Notes: generated from the sequence alone by a model not told the origin. A stretch of 64,000 nucleotides of DNA from an uncultured Acetobacteraceae bacterium (GCA_964249915.1 CAXUEL010000001.1:6659-70658), one strand, 5' to 3'. Numbered from the stretch's first letter, positions 13,030-21,589 are shown. A program made the numbers and translations.

Positions 13030-13365
13030 CTACCGCTCGTTCTCGTCCACCTCGGGGTCGATTTCCAGCTCGGTCGCTATGACCTCGGCATCGTCGTCCA
13101 GGTCGTCCTGGACTTCGGTCGCGTCCTCGGCATCCTCTTCCTCTTCAGGCACCTCTGCTTCGTTATCGGCGTCATCCGCCTCGACGACAGGCTTCTTGGG
13201 GCGTCGCTCCTCCGCGATCAGGTTTCCGGAGCGTCGCATCCGGGGTGGGTCTATAGGCTGGACGGTCTCGCACTTCGGGCAAACGGCTGGAACCTTGGTC
13301 AGGTCGTAGAAGCGCGTGTTGCAGGAAACGCAGATGCGCTTCATGCCGAGTTCTGGCTTGGCCAT
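13030..13365 (-). CDS. TIGR02300 / FYDLN_acid family protein
   Basis: MAKPELG.KR.C.SC..RFYDL.K.P.VCPKC followed by an acidic tail. Confidence 0.9.
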   Translation of the reverse strand: MAKPELGMKRICVSCNTRFYDLTKVPAVCPKCETVQPIDPPRMRRSGNLIAEERRPKKPVVEADDADNEAEVPEEEEDAEDATEVQDDLDDDAEVIATELEIDPEVDENER

Positions 13366-13648
13366 TGTGACCTTGGATCAGAGGTGATGTATGCCGAGCC
13401 GGGGCCGATGCCACCATGCCACGGCGCTGTCAAACCTCCTTCCGCCCAGCGATATCAGCGGTCGGTCTGCCGACTGAGTCACTCGAGCAACATTTGACGC
13501 GAATCGGCACGCCCTCCTTAAAGGATCGGGCTAACGCTTCCGACCCCTCTTGCGAGCGTGACCGCTGGATGCGACCTGTGGAACGGATGGGGAACTGGCG
13601 CTGTGGCGGTGCCTTCTTCGTCTGAGGTTCCTGAAGACGGAGCTCCGT

Positions 13649-14623
13649 ATGCACACATCAATCGACCTGTTCTGCGGCGCCGGTGGCCTCTCGATCGGTC
13701 TGGAGCGCTCGGGGTTCGCCCCACTGTTTGCGGCCGACATCATGAGCGATGCCTGCGACACCTATGCCGCCCGGTTCCAGGGCGTGGAGCTTCATCGCGG
13801 CGATACCCGGACGGTTGATTTCAAGCGCTTCAGCGGCATTGACCTGGTTGCGGGCGGCCCGCCCTGCCAGCCCTTCAGCTCCGGGGGGAAGCGAGAAGGG
13901 CGTGACGACGCGCGTGACGTGCTGCCGGAGTTCGTGCGCGCCGTGCTTGAGGCTGGGCCGCGTGCGTTCCTGATGGAGAACGTCGCTGGCTTAGCCACGA
14001 CCCATGTGGCCTACCTGAACCGCGTCCTGGCGCCCCTTTTCGGGCGCTATACGATCACAGGTCCGACAGTTCTTAACGCCGCCGACTTCGGCGTTCCTCA
14101 AAGCCGCAAGCGGATGGTAATCGTCGGAGTGGAGAAGGGGCGCAGGGCCGTGAGGCTGCCCACCTCAACCGTGCGGCGCCACACACGATCCGGGGATATC
14201 CTTTCGCCTCGCGCACGAGGAACCCTGAATCTCAGCCGCATCACCTACGCGAAGACACCCGACCTCAGGCCATCCCCCTATCACGGCCAGCTATTCAACG
14301 GCGGCGGCCGTCCTATCGACCTGGATGGCCCGGCCCCTACGATCCTGGCGTCAGCCGGAGGGAACAAGACGCCATTCGTAGACGTAGGTGGCCACGTCCC
14401 GTCGTACCATGGCCACCTTCTCGCTGGTGGGCCGCCGCGTCAGGGCGATCTAGACGATGCGCGGCGCATCACAGTCGAGGAGTGCGCTGCGCTTCAGACC
14501 TTCCCTGAGGACATGAGATTCAGCGGCTCGCGGAGCTCTCGCTACACTCAGGTTGGAAATGCAGTCCCGCCGCTGTTCGCGGCGGCCGTCGCAAGCTGCG
14601 TCCTGGAGGCGCTCCGCCGGTAG
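13649..14623 (+). CDS. DNA (cytosine-5)-methyltransferase
   Basis: DLFCGAGG, GGPPCQPFS, ENV, QSRKR, QTFP, QVGNAVPP (motifs I, IV, VI, VIII, IX, X). Confidence 0.95.
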   Translation: MHTSIDLFCGAGGLSIGLERSGFAPLFAADIMSDACDTYAARFQGVELHRGDTRTVDFKRFSGIDLVAGGPPCQPFSSGGKREGRDDARDVLPEFVRAVLEAGPRAFLMENVAGLATTHVAYLNRVLAPLFGRYTITGPTVLNAADFGVPQSRKRMVIVGVEKGRRAVRLPTSTVRRHTRSGDILSPRARGTLNLSRITYAKTPDLRPSPYHGQLFNGGGRPIDLDGPAPTILASAGGNKTPFVDVGGHVPSYHGHLLAGGPPRQGDLDDARRITVEECAALQTFPEDMRFSGSRSSRYTQVGNAVPPLFAAAVASCVLEALRR

Positions 14624-14625
14624 CT

Positions 14626-15693
14626 TCACGGGGCCACATCCGGGATCTCCACGAGAGCATTGGCCTCAAGCACCGCCACCAAGCGATTCGCTGGTCCGAC
14701 ATCCGCTACCATGTGAGCGAGGTATTCATGAAGCCTCATCAGGAAGCGCTCCCTTCCAGGCTTCCGAAGGATCGCGACACCGGTCATCAAGAGCGACCGG
14801 ATGTCGAGGACAGAGACATCTCCCCCTGCCTGCTCCAGAACGTCCAGGCTGCTGATAATGTCTCCCGCCGTCGCGTGCGCCACCACGTGCGCCCGATCAA
14901 GGCCGCGGCCTCTGGCGACATCCGCCGCCTGGTCGATCTTGGTCCTCCAGTCGTTTGCGGACACCTCGAACGCCTCATCCACTCGGCCAAGAGTCAGGAT
15001 CTCGACATCCCCTGCCGTGCCGGAGCTGGCGTCGCTCGCGTTCAGGCGCTTGGTCTGGACGCGCATGCCTCCGATGGACCACTCGCCCAGCAGCGCCTCC
15101 ATGATGGCTGCCACTGAGTATTGCTCCATGGCACCGCCACTTCCCTCTGCCAGGATGTCGCGCAGCACCTTCAAAGTCGCGGCGAAGGTCAGCCTGGCGG
15201 TCAGTATCCTAGGCAACGGCCGGATGCTGCGGGCGGTGGAGGCTGCTTTCGCGAGCAGGAATGTCAGAGCGGCACGACGATCGCCCGCGGATGCCGCGTT
15301 GGCCCACAGCAGGAGGCTGTCGAAGTGCGCAACGTTTCCTCGGGCAAGGTTGTCGACGTTCTTCCCAATGTTCTGGAAGGCGTCCGTCACCGCCGGGATG
15401 TGCCGCTTCCTCATCAAGGAGCCCAGGCTCTTCGCGATGCCTCTGCCTCCCGGTGCGCGCTGCCGATGATCAAAGTGCTGCCCATCTGCGGTGAGGCCAG
15501 ATGCAATCTGGATGATGGCGCCGTCTCGGTAGCTCTGCGCCGCTTGCAGGGTGCCTTCCAGCAGCGGAAGGGCCGCCGCGAGCGCCCTGGCGTCGACAGC
15601 CTGATCGCTGCCTCCGGCATTGAGCAAAAGAGAGTCCAGGATGCTGGCCACAAGCTCGACGGCAGGCTCCGCCATGTCGTCATTCTCCGTCAA
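14626..15693 (-). CDS. Probable type II restriction endonuclease (possibly SacI-like)
   Basis: Convergent with the C5 MTase; SGGAMEQ...NASDASSGTAGDVE...AFEVS resembles a PD-(D/E)XK core. Confidence 0.6.
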   Translation of the reverse strand: MTENDDMAEPAVELVASILDSLLLNAGGSDQAVDARALAAALPLLEGTLQAAQSYRDGAIIQIASGLTADGQHFDHRQRAPGGRGIAKSLGSLMRKRHIPAVTDAFQNIGKNVDNLARGNVAHFDSLLLWANAASAGDRRAALTFLLAKAASTARSIRPLPRILTARLTFAATLKVLRDILAEGSGGAMEQYSVAAIMEALLGEWSIGGMRVQTKRLNASDASSGTAGDVEILTLGRVDEAFEVSANDWRTKIDQAADVARGRGLDRAHVVAHATAGDIISSLDVLEQAGGDVSVLDIRSLLMTGVAILRKPGRERFLMRLHEYLAHMVADVGPANRLVAVLEANALVEIPDVAP

Positions 15694-15731
15694 GGACTCG
15701 TTTTGCGGGCCGATCTTGCTACATTCGCTTC

Positions 15732-16031
15732 ATGACCTCCACGGCCAACAGCGAGCCCATCGAACGCCGCTACCTGCTGATAGCCGTCGACGGCCGCCAC
15801 ACGACCCTCGGCCGCGCAACCGAGCCAGACCAGGAAGCCCTCGACACCGCCGCCGAAGGGCTCGATAGCCTTGGTTTGGCCGGGTGGTACGTCCTGAGCG
15901 AGGGCCGCTACTACTCGCAGGAGGACAAGATATCACTGCTCCCAATAAGGAGGCTGACGTCGAGCGACGGCGACTGGAATGCGGCAGCGGCAGCTTTCCA
16001 GGCGAAGCGGGCCGCTGCCCTGGCTTGCTGA
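15732..16031 (+). CDS. Hypothetical protein (99 aa)
   Basis: Compact ATG ORF with plausible globular composition. Confidence 0.6.
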   Translation: MTSTANSEPIERRYLLIAVDGRHTTLGRATEPDQEALDTAAEGLDSLGLAGWYVLSEGRYYSQEDKISLLPIRRLTSSDGDWNAAAAAFQAKRAAALAC

Positions 16032-16043
16032 CGAAGTGCAACA

Positions 16044-16370
16044 TTGAGCGCAGACATCATATCGAAGCGAGCACGGTCCCTACTTGCTGACTACCTTGCC
16101 GCAAACAAGTTCCTCAAGGACATCTCCGATGAGTTCGAGGAGGTAGGCATCGAGAACACTCCCGATCCAGGTTTCTCCGGAGCCCAGCGGCGCACCCTGA
16201 TAGTGGGCTACTACCACAGCCTGAATTTCAAAAAGGCCGAGGATGCCCGAAAGTTTGTTGCGGTTTCGGCTCTCTTCGTAGGCGGCGGCGACGTTGGCCT
16301 GGTAATGGCTGGAGACGGACCGGGAGATGCCCCTCTAGCGCACCGCGTGCGTCGCGGTCGCTGTAAATAA
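16044..16370 (+). pseudogene. Truncated abortive-infection (AbiJ N-terminal-like) gene remnant
   Basis: IISKRAR...DEFEE..I...SGAQRRTLI.GYY.SLNF....DARKF resembles an AbiJ NTD; protein-like character ends after ~KFVAV; lower GC. Confidence 0.5.
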
Positions 16371-16460
16371 GTTTCATGTCACGAAACCATGGCTTTCCGC
16401 CACCGACACCGTCATCCTGGTCATCGAAGGCCCCTTCCCGGCGCCACGGAGACCCCGACG

Positions 16461-16781
16461 ATGACGACCACGACTCACGACGCAACCCTCGAGTGCCTCC
16501 GCATCCTCGCGGCCCTGGACCCCGACCGTGCGGATCTGCGCAACAGGCGCGGCTACAGCGCATCGGACAGCCGCCGAGGCCACCAGCTCGCTGCGCTCTC
16601 CGCCCTGGACGACCGCCAGCTCGAGGAGGGCCGCGTGCTGGTATCGCGCTATAGCGGCCAGCTCTCCTCGAGCCTCGTCCGCGCCGCTTTGCCGCCGCCC
16701 CCGCCCCCGCCGCCCGCGCCTCGGGTCAGCTTGGCTGATGCGCTCGACGAATGGGCGGCGTTCAGCAGGAGGGCGGCATGA
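16461..16781 (+). CDS. Hypothetical phage protein (106 aa)
   Basis: ATLECLRILAALDPDRA..RNRRGYSASD..RGHQLA...SRYSGQL; poly-Pro linker. Confidence 0.7.
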   Translation: MTTTTHDATLECLRILAALDPDRADLRNRRGYSASDSRRGHQLAALSALDDRQLEEGRVLVSRYSGQLSSSLVRAALPPPPPPPPAPRVSLADALDEWAAFSRRAA

Positions 16782-17218
16782 GCTCGATTACTCCGGCGGC
16801 GATCGAGGCGACCCTCGAGTGCCTCAGGGTGCTCGCGGCGGCAGGAGACCTCGGACCGTACACGGCCTTTGTTGGACACCAAGCGACCAGGGAATCCCTG
16901 ACTCCGGGGCAGGCCACATCTCTTCGCAAGATTCTGGTCCGCCACGCCGACCACCTTCCCGCCGACCTCCTCGCGGCCGCCCTCACCGACGAGCCACCCC
17001 CGCCACCGCCGATGCGCCGGGGCCCAGGCCGACCCCGCATTGGCGCCGAAGCCCTCTCGCCTGCGGAGCGCACCAGGAGACGGCGGGCTGCGGCGCCGGT
17101 GGTCGCCGTAGAGCTGCCCGCGGACGTGGCGGAGCGCCTACGTCGGATTAGGGATGCCGAGGGTGTGTCGACGGCGGCGCTGGTAACGGCGGCTTTGGAT
17201 GCGCTCGAGGCGGCCTGA
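16778..17218 (+). CDS. Phage protein with C-terminal GRP + ribbon-helix-helix-like module
   Basis: ATGA-coupled to the previous ORF; N-terminus ATLECLRVLAA; C-terminus GRPRIGAEALSPAER...VELPADVAERLRR. Confidence 0.7.
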   Translation: MSSITPAAIEATLECLRVLAAAGDLGPYTAFVGHQATRESLTPGQATSLRKILVRHADHLPADLLAAALTDEPPPPPPMRRGPGRPRIGAEALSPAERTRRRRAAAPVVAVELPADVAERLRRIRDAEGVSTAALVTAALDALEAA

Positions 17219-17235
17219 GCCATCAGGAATCAAGA

Positions 17236-17272
17236 AGGGCCGGAAGCTGGGGCGAAACCGGCTTCCGGCCCT
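17236..17272 (+). terminator. Stem-loop after the small-ORF pair
   Basis: Perfect 12-bp stem AGGGCCGGAAGC/GCTTCCGGCCCT. Confidence 0.6.
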
Positions 17273-17308
17273 AGGCATGTCGGCTGCGGTGCGGGTGCCT
17301 CGCCAAGT

Positions 17309-17400
17309 AATGTTGACAATAGATTGGCCTCCGCACCGGCTAGGACCCATGTCCGATAGAAGTGTGTCAACATTGTATTTTCGTAACGCAGTGACGAAAC
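17309..17400. promoter_or_regulatory. Promoter/operator region of the helicase
   Basis: AATGTTGACA (17309) / TGTCAACATT (17365) inverted pair containing TTGACA; palindrome TTTCGTAAC-GCA-GTGACGAAA. Confidence 0.55.
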
Positions 17401-17468
17401 CCTTGAGTTCCGCCATCTGACTTGAGACCATTACTCCAACGGCATCCCGATGCCCCTGGAGACCTCCC

Positions 17469-19595
17469 ATGCAACTCGTTTACGAAGCAAGCCGCGCTCG
17501 TTGGGAGGCGATCACGAGATACGGCGAAGGCGATGCGCCCCGGGCTGCCGGATTCTGCTGGAACCGGGACCTGACGCGGTGGAGCACCTACGATGCGGCC
17601 GCCGCGAACAAGCTCCGCTCCTCCGCTGACGAGGCCACCCGCGCGCTACTGGATACCGCCGTGGCCCTGGCATCCGAAGCTACAGCAGCCGCCGACGCTG
17701 CCAAGGCCGCCGCTTCCGAGGCCGCCGTCGCCGCGAGCCGGGCGACGGACGCGGACATGGAAATCCCGGTGCCGGATGGGCTGGCGTATCTCGGCTATCA
17801 AAAGGCGGGCATCGCATACGCTACGGCGCGCAAGGACACGCTGATTGCCGATGAGCCTGGTTTGGGCAAGACCATCCAAGCTTTGGGTCTGGCCAACACC
17901 CTGCTCTCGGATGCCAAGCCGGTTGTGCGGCTGCTCGTCGTCGGGCCGAAAATCGCGCTCTGGAACTGGCGCCGCGAGGCCGAGAAGTGGTTGGTCAGGC
18001 CGCACCGCATCGCGCTGTGGACGTCGAAGAGCCAACCGGATGCCGACGTGGTCATCGTGAACTACGATGTCATCTCCCGCCCGGCGGTGGCGGCGGCATT
18101 GCGGGCGCAGACGTGGGATATCGCGGTATTCGACGAGGCACATGCGCTCAAGAACGAGAAGGCGGCTCGGACCAAGGCGTGCCTTGGTTCGAAGAAGGAG
18201 AAAATCGAGGCCATCCCCGCTGCGCGCCGCCTGTTCCTGACCGGCACGCCGATTTTGAACCGCCCGGTCGAGCTCTACCCTATACTCCACGCGATGCGCA
18301 TCCCCGAGGCCGCCCTCTACATCGACTACGCCATGCGCTACTGCGAAGGCCGCCACACCAGCTATGGCTACGATGCGAGCGGTGCCAGCAACCTCGATGA
18401 GCTGCAGGCTGTCCTCCGCGAGAAGGTCATGGTCAGGCGCCTGAAGGCCGACGTCCTGACCGAGTTGCCCGCGAAGCGATACGCCGTCGTCGAGCTTGAG
18501 GCGGACACCGCGGACCTCCGGCGTGCCGTCGTCGCCGAGGTCGCGGCCAAGGCGGCCTCGGACGAGCAGGAGAAGCGCCTGCGTGCCGCGGTGGCCGCCG
18601 CGCGCAGGGGCGGGAACCCGGCTGCGCTGAAGGTGGCCATCGACCGGCTGAGCCACGGGATGCGCGTCGCGTTCACCGAGATGAGCCGCCTACGCCATGC
18701 GACCGCAGTCGCCAAGGTCCCGCAGGTCATCGAGCACGTGTCGGCGTTGCTCGACGGATCCGACGAGTCCGTCCTGGTGATGGCCCACCATGCCGACGTC
18801 ATCGCGGGCATCGTGGCCGGTCTGGCAGAGGCGGGACACGAGGCGGCCGTGATTACCGGGGACACGTCGGATGCGGACCGCCAGCGTGCCCAGGACGACG
18901 TTCAGGCACGCCGGAAGCGCGTGTTCGTGGGCTCGATGAGGGCATGCGGGGTCGCGATCACGCTTACGGCCGCATCGACGGTCGTTTTTGGGGAACAGGA
19001 TTGGACCCCGGGCATCATGCAGCAGGCCGAGGATCGGGCGCACCGCATCGGTCAGGACTCCTCGGTGCTGGTGCAGCATCTAGTCGTCGACGGCTCAATC
19101 GACGCGTCGATGGCGAAGGCGGTCAGCAGCAAAGGCGGCGTCATCTCGGCCGCCCTGGACGACACCGACGAGGAAGTCGCGCAGGCGGATGAGGCCCCTA
19201 CCGTCGAGGCGGCGGATGATGAAGAGGTTTTCGTAACGCAGGAACAGGATGCCCATCCGGAGCCGGAGGCCCCTGTCCCCGAAGCCGCCGAGCCGGTCGA
19301 GGCCGCCAAGGCTGTGCAGGAAGCCGTCGTGGAGCCGGAGCCGGAAGCGGAAGGGATTTTCGTAACGCAGGAGTCCCCTGCCCCGGCCGCCCGCCGTCCG
19401 CGTGGCCGCCCCCGCATCGGCGCCGATGCGATGCCTGCGGCCGAACGCATGCGGCGCTGGCGGGAGCGACATCGGATTTCGGGCGTCGAGGTTCCTGCGG
19501 CGCTCGCGGACAGGATCCGGCGCCTGCGCGCGGAGCGTGGCGAAACCAAGGCGCAGGTTCTTGCGGCTGCGCTGGCTGCCATCGACACGGCGTAG
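17469..19595 (+). CDS. SNF2/SMARCAL1(HARP)-like helicase with acidic linker and C-terminal DNA-binding module
   Basis: ADEPGLGKT, FDEAH, LTGTPILNRP, MVRRLKADVL, GVAITLT, QQAEDRAHRIGQ. Confidence 0.9.
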   Translation: MQLVYEASRARWEAITRYGEGDAPRAAGFCWNRDLTRWSTYDAAAANKLRSSADEATRALLDTAVALASEATAAADAAKAAASEAAVAASRATDADMEIPVPDGLAYLGYQKAGIAYATARKDTLIADEPGLGKTIQALGLANTLLSDAKPVVRLLVVGPKIALWNWRREAEKWLVRPHRIALWTSKSQPDADVVIVNYDVISRPAVAAALRAQTWDIAVFDEAHALKNEKAARTKACLGSKKEKIEAIPAARRLFLTGTPILNRPVELYPILHAMRIPEAALYIDYAMRYCEGRHTSYGYDASGASNLDELQAVLREKVMVRRLKADVLTELPAKRYAVVELEADTADLRRAVVAEVAAKAASDEQEKRLRAAVAAARRGGNPAALKVAIDRLSHGMRVAFTEMSRLRHATAVAKVPQVIEHVSALLDGSDESVLVMAHHADVIAGIVAGLAEAGHEAAVITGDTSDADRQRAQDDVQARRKRVFVGSMRACGVAITLTAASTVVFGEQDWTPGIMQQAEDRAHRIGQDSSVLVQHLVVDGSIDASMAKAVSSKGGVISAALDDTDEEVAQADEAPTVEAADDEEVFVTQEQDAHPEPEAPVPEAAEPVEAAKAVQEAVVEPEPEAEGIFVTQESPAPAARRPRGRPRIGADAMPAAERMRRWRERHRISGVEVPAALADRIRRLRAERGETKAQVLAAALAAIDTA

Positions 19596-19600
19596 GAATC

Positions 19601-19644
19601 AGAAGAGGCCGGGAACCGGGTTTCCCCAGCTCCCGACCTCTTCT
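19601..19644. terminator. Bidirectional terminator between helicase and lysis cassette
   Basis: AGAAGAGG...CCTCTTCT long stem between convergent genes. Confidence 0.65.
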
Positions 19645-19728
19645 TGGCTTCCCGGCCTGCGCGACCCCGGACGGAGTGTGCAAGGCTGCATCATATCAGC
19701 ACGCCACGCATGACGCACGGCTTTCGAC

Positions 19729-19989
19729 TCATCTCGCCGACAGGATTCCCGCAACCGCCGTCAGCTTGCTGCGACAATCGGCACCCGCCGACCTCAGGCC
19801 CACGACCCACGTAGCCACCTGGGCGTCCGTAGCCAGCGCCGGAGCGGGCGCCACAGGCTCAGCCTGGCACACGAGAAGCGTGCTTGGCACCGCGAGATGC
19901 TGCACCGCTACCGTTTGACTGGCGCAGGCCGCCAAGCAGGGCGCGCAAAGCAGGAGACTGAGCACAGGCGACACTCGGCTTCGACGCAT
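19729..19989 (-). CDS. o-spanin (Rz1-like lipoprotein)
   Basis: Signal peptide with lipobox LAAC; Pro-rich; overlaps the i-spanin 3' end. Confidence 0.8.
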   Translation of the reverse strand: MRRSRVSPVLSLLLCAPCLAACASQTVAVQHLAVPSTLLVCQAEPVAPAPALATDAQVATWVVGLRSAGADCRSKLTAVAGILSAR

Positions 19990-20251
19990 TGATGGCCTCC
20001 ATTAGCTGGTCGTCCCTTGTTGCGCGGGCAGCAGCGTCGGCCGCCTGCGATTCGAGGGCGATCTGGTTGTTCAGGGCGTCGGCCCTGACGGTGGCGGTCT
20101 CGGCCTTCGCGGCGCTCGCTTCGGCGCGGGCGACGGTGACCTCGGCGTGGTAGTGCCGGACCGTGAGGCCCAGGCCACCGATGAGAGCGACGGCGCCCGC
20201 CAGGAACGCGGCGCGCCAATGGGTTGCGAGGAGTGCGAGGATCGCAGTCAC
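19859..20251 (-). CDS. i-spanin (Rz-like)
   Basis: N-terminal TM helix followed by an Ala-rich coiled coil; lysis cassette position. Confidence 0.8.
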   Translation of the reverse strand: MTAILALLATHWRAAFLAGAVALIGGLGLTVRHYHAEVTVARAEASAAKAETATVRADALNNQIALESQAADAAARATRDDQLMEAINASKPSVACAQSPALRALLGGLRQSNGSGAASRGAKHASRVPG

Positions 20252-20349
20252 GGTGTGCCTCCTACAAAGATGACGGCTGCAATCGCGACGGCGATGGCGA
20301 TGAAGGCTGCGATGGCGACGTCAGCCACCGCGCATAGGACCCTCCTCAC
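20248..20349 (-). CDS. 33-aa single-TM peptide
   Basis: GTGA overlaps with both holin stop and i-spanin start; MRRVLCAVADVAIAAFIAIAVAIAAVIFVGGTP. Confidence 0.55.
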   Translation of the reverse strand: MRRVLCAVADVAIAAFIAIAVAIAAVIFVGGTP

Positions 20350-20603
20350 GACGGGCACGCTCCTGTGGGCGGTGGCGGCGGGCCTTCTTGGACGAGCGCG
20401 AGCATCACGGTGTCCAGGAGCGCAAGCACGGTTCCGAGTGCCTGGACCTTGTCCGGGTCGCACTTCCATCCGACCAAGAGGACGGCGGCGTTGATGATCG
20501 CGACGATGGTGCTGGCTTGGGTGAGCTGCCCAAGGATGATGGCCGCCGCGCCCGGGCGGCACCGCCACCGCCAGTGGCCGAACCGGTCAGGCACCCACCG
20601 CAT
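20346..20603 (-). CDS. Putative holin
   Basis: 85 aa with 2 hydrophobic segments, directly after the endolysin. Confidence 0.6.
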   Translation of the reverse strand: MRWVPDRFGHWRWRCRPGAAAIILGQLTQASTIVAIINAAVLLVGWKCDPDKVQALGTVLALLDTVMLALVQEGPPPPPTGACPS

Positions 20604-21210
20604 GGCGGACCTCCTCGGCGAAGGATGCGAACAACCCGACGTGCGCCGGGGCCGCGACAGGCGCCGGTGTCGGTGCGGCCGCCGGTGTCGCCAGGGCGAG
20701 CTGCAGCCTGGCGTTGTTCCGATTGGTCCAGCCGCGGCCGAACTCGGCGAAGTCGGTCAGGCTCTCGTAGTACGCCTCGTGCCTGGCGCCCAGCTTCCGG
20801 ATCAGGTCCAGCCGGTCGACGCGGGCGGTCGCGGCCAGGGTCACCGGGCCGAGGCGACCGTCGATTGCGAGGCCGCCGATGGTCTCCTGCAGCAGCTTTG
20901 CGGCGGTCGCCGATCCGGCCGTGTAGCCGAAGTCGTAACAGAGTAGGTCTACACCCGGCGGGAGCTGGTCTGCTGCGACCGCCATCCAGTAGCGGCTGTA
21001 GATCAGGTCGCTCAGCTCGTCCTTGGTCGCGGCCGCGAGGTCGGCTTCCGTGGTCGAGTGAATCCCGTGGTCGGACCGCCAGGAGGCGTAGGACGATAGG
21101 GTGACTCCCCAGGACGTGGCCCCGCCCCTGTCACCGGGTGTGACGTGCAAGGGCTGGCCGTCGTTCTGCGGAAGCCATGTAAAGTCCAAGCAGGTTTCGA
21201 AGCGGCTCAT
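20587..21210 (-). CDS. Endolysin, GH108 family with peptidoglycan-binding C-terminus
   Basis: PGDRGGATSWGVT, IYSRYW, LPPGVDLLCYDFG, IDGRLGPVTL, FGRGWTNR; GGAGG RBS. Confidence 0.85.
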   Translation of the reverse strand: MSRFETCLDFTWLPQNDGQPLHVTPGDRGGATSWGVTLSSYASWRSDHGIHSTTEADLAAATKDELSDLIYSRYWMAVAADQLPPGVDLLCYDFGYTAGSATAAKLLQETIGGLAIDGRLGPVTLAATARVDRLDLIRKLGARHEAYYESLTDFAEFGRGWTNRNNARLQLALATPAAAPTPAPVAAPAHVGLFASFAEEVRHAVGA

Positions 21211-21221
21211 GTGCGCCTCCA

Positions 21222-21250
21222 ATAAAAAAAGGCCGCCCGAAGGCAGCCCG
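21222..21250 (-). terminator. Intrinsic terminator immediately upstream of the endolysin
   Basis: Minus strand GGGCTGCC-TTC-GGGCGGCC followed by T7. Confidence 0.7.
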
Positions 21251-21279
21251 GTGTCTGTCGTCGTGGTGGGTGACCGCGC

Positions 21280-21477
21280 CTAGCCGAGCTCGCGAATCAG
21301 GTCAGCGAGCGTCCGCGGGCGGTCGGCATCGTCGGCGGCGGCGAGCAGTCGGGCGGCAAGGATGCGGGCGAGGTCGGACCGGAGTTCGACGTTGACGTCG
21401 GCGCCGTATGTCTCAAGGTGGAGGGAGATTTTGACGAGCTCGGCCACGGATGGGCCGACTTCGATGCGCGACGTCAT
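21280..21477 (-). CDS. Hypothetical protein (65 aa)
   Basis: GGAGGCGCACATG start context identical to the endolysin's. Confidence 0.6.
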   Translation of the reverse strand: MTSRIEVGPSVAELVKISLHLETYGADVNVELRSDLARILAARLLAAADDADRPRTLADLIRELG

Positions 21478-21589
21478 GTGCGCCTCCTGAAAATGAAGAA
21501 CCCCGCCGATGAGGACGGGGGCCGTTGGTGGTTGGGGTGTTCAGACCGCTCGGCGAGCGGTAGCTGTTGGCGGCAGCCTGGAGGCCGAC

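Noticed and set aside
14626-15693. Assigning GAGCTC specificity to the R-M system
   Set aside because: The family resemblance is from memory only and the MTase TRD could not be matched; this needs REBASE or methylome data.
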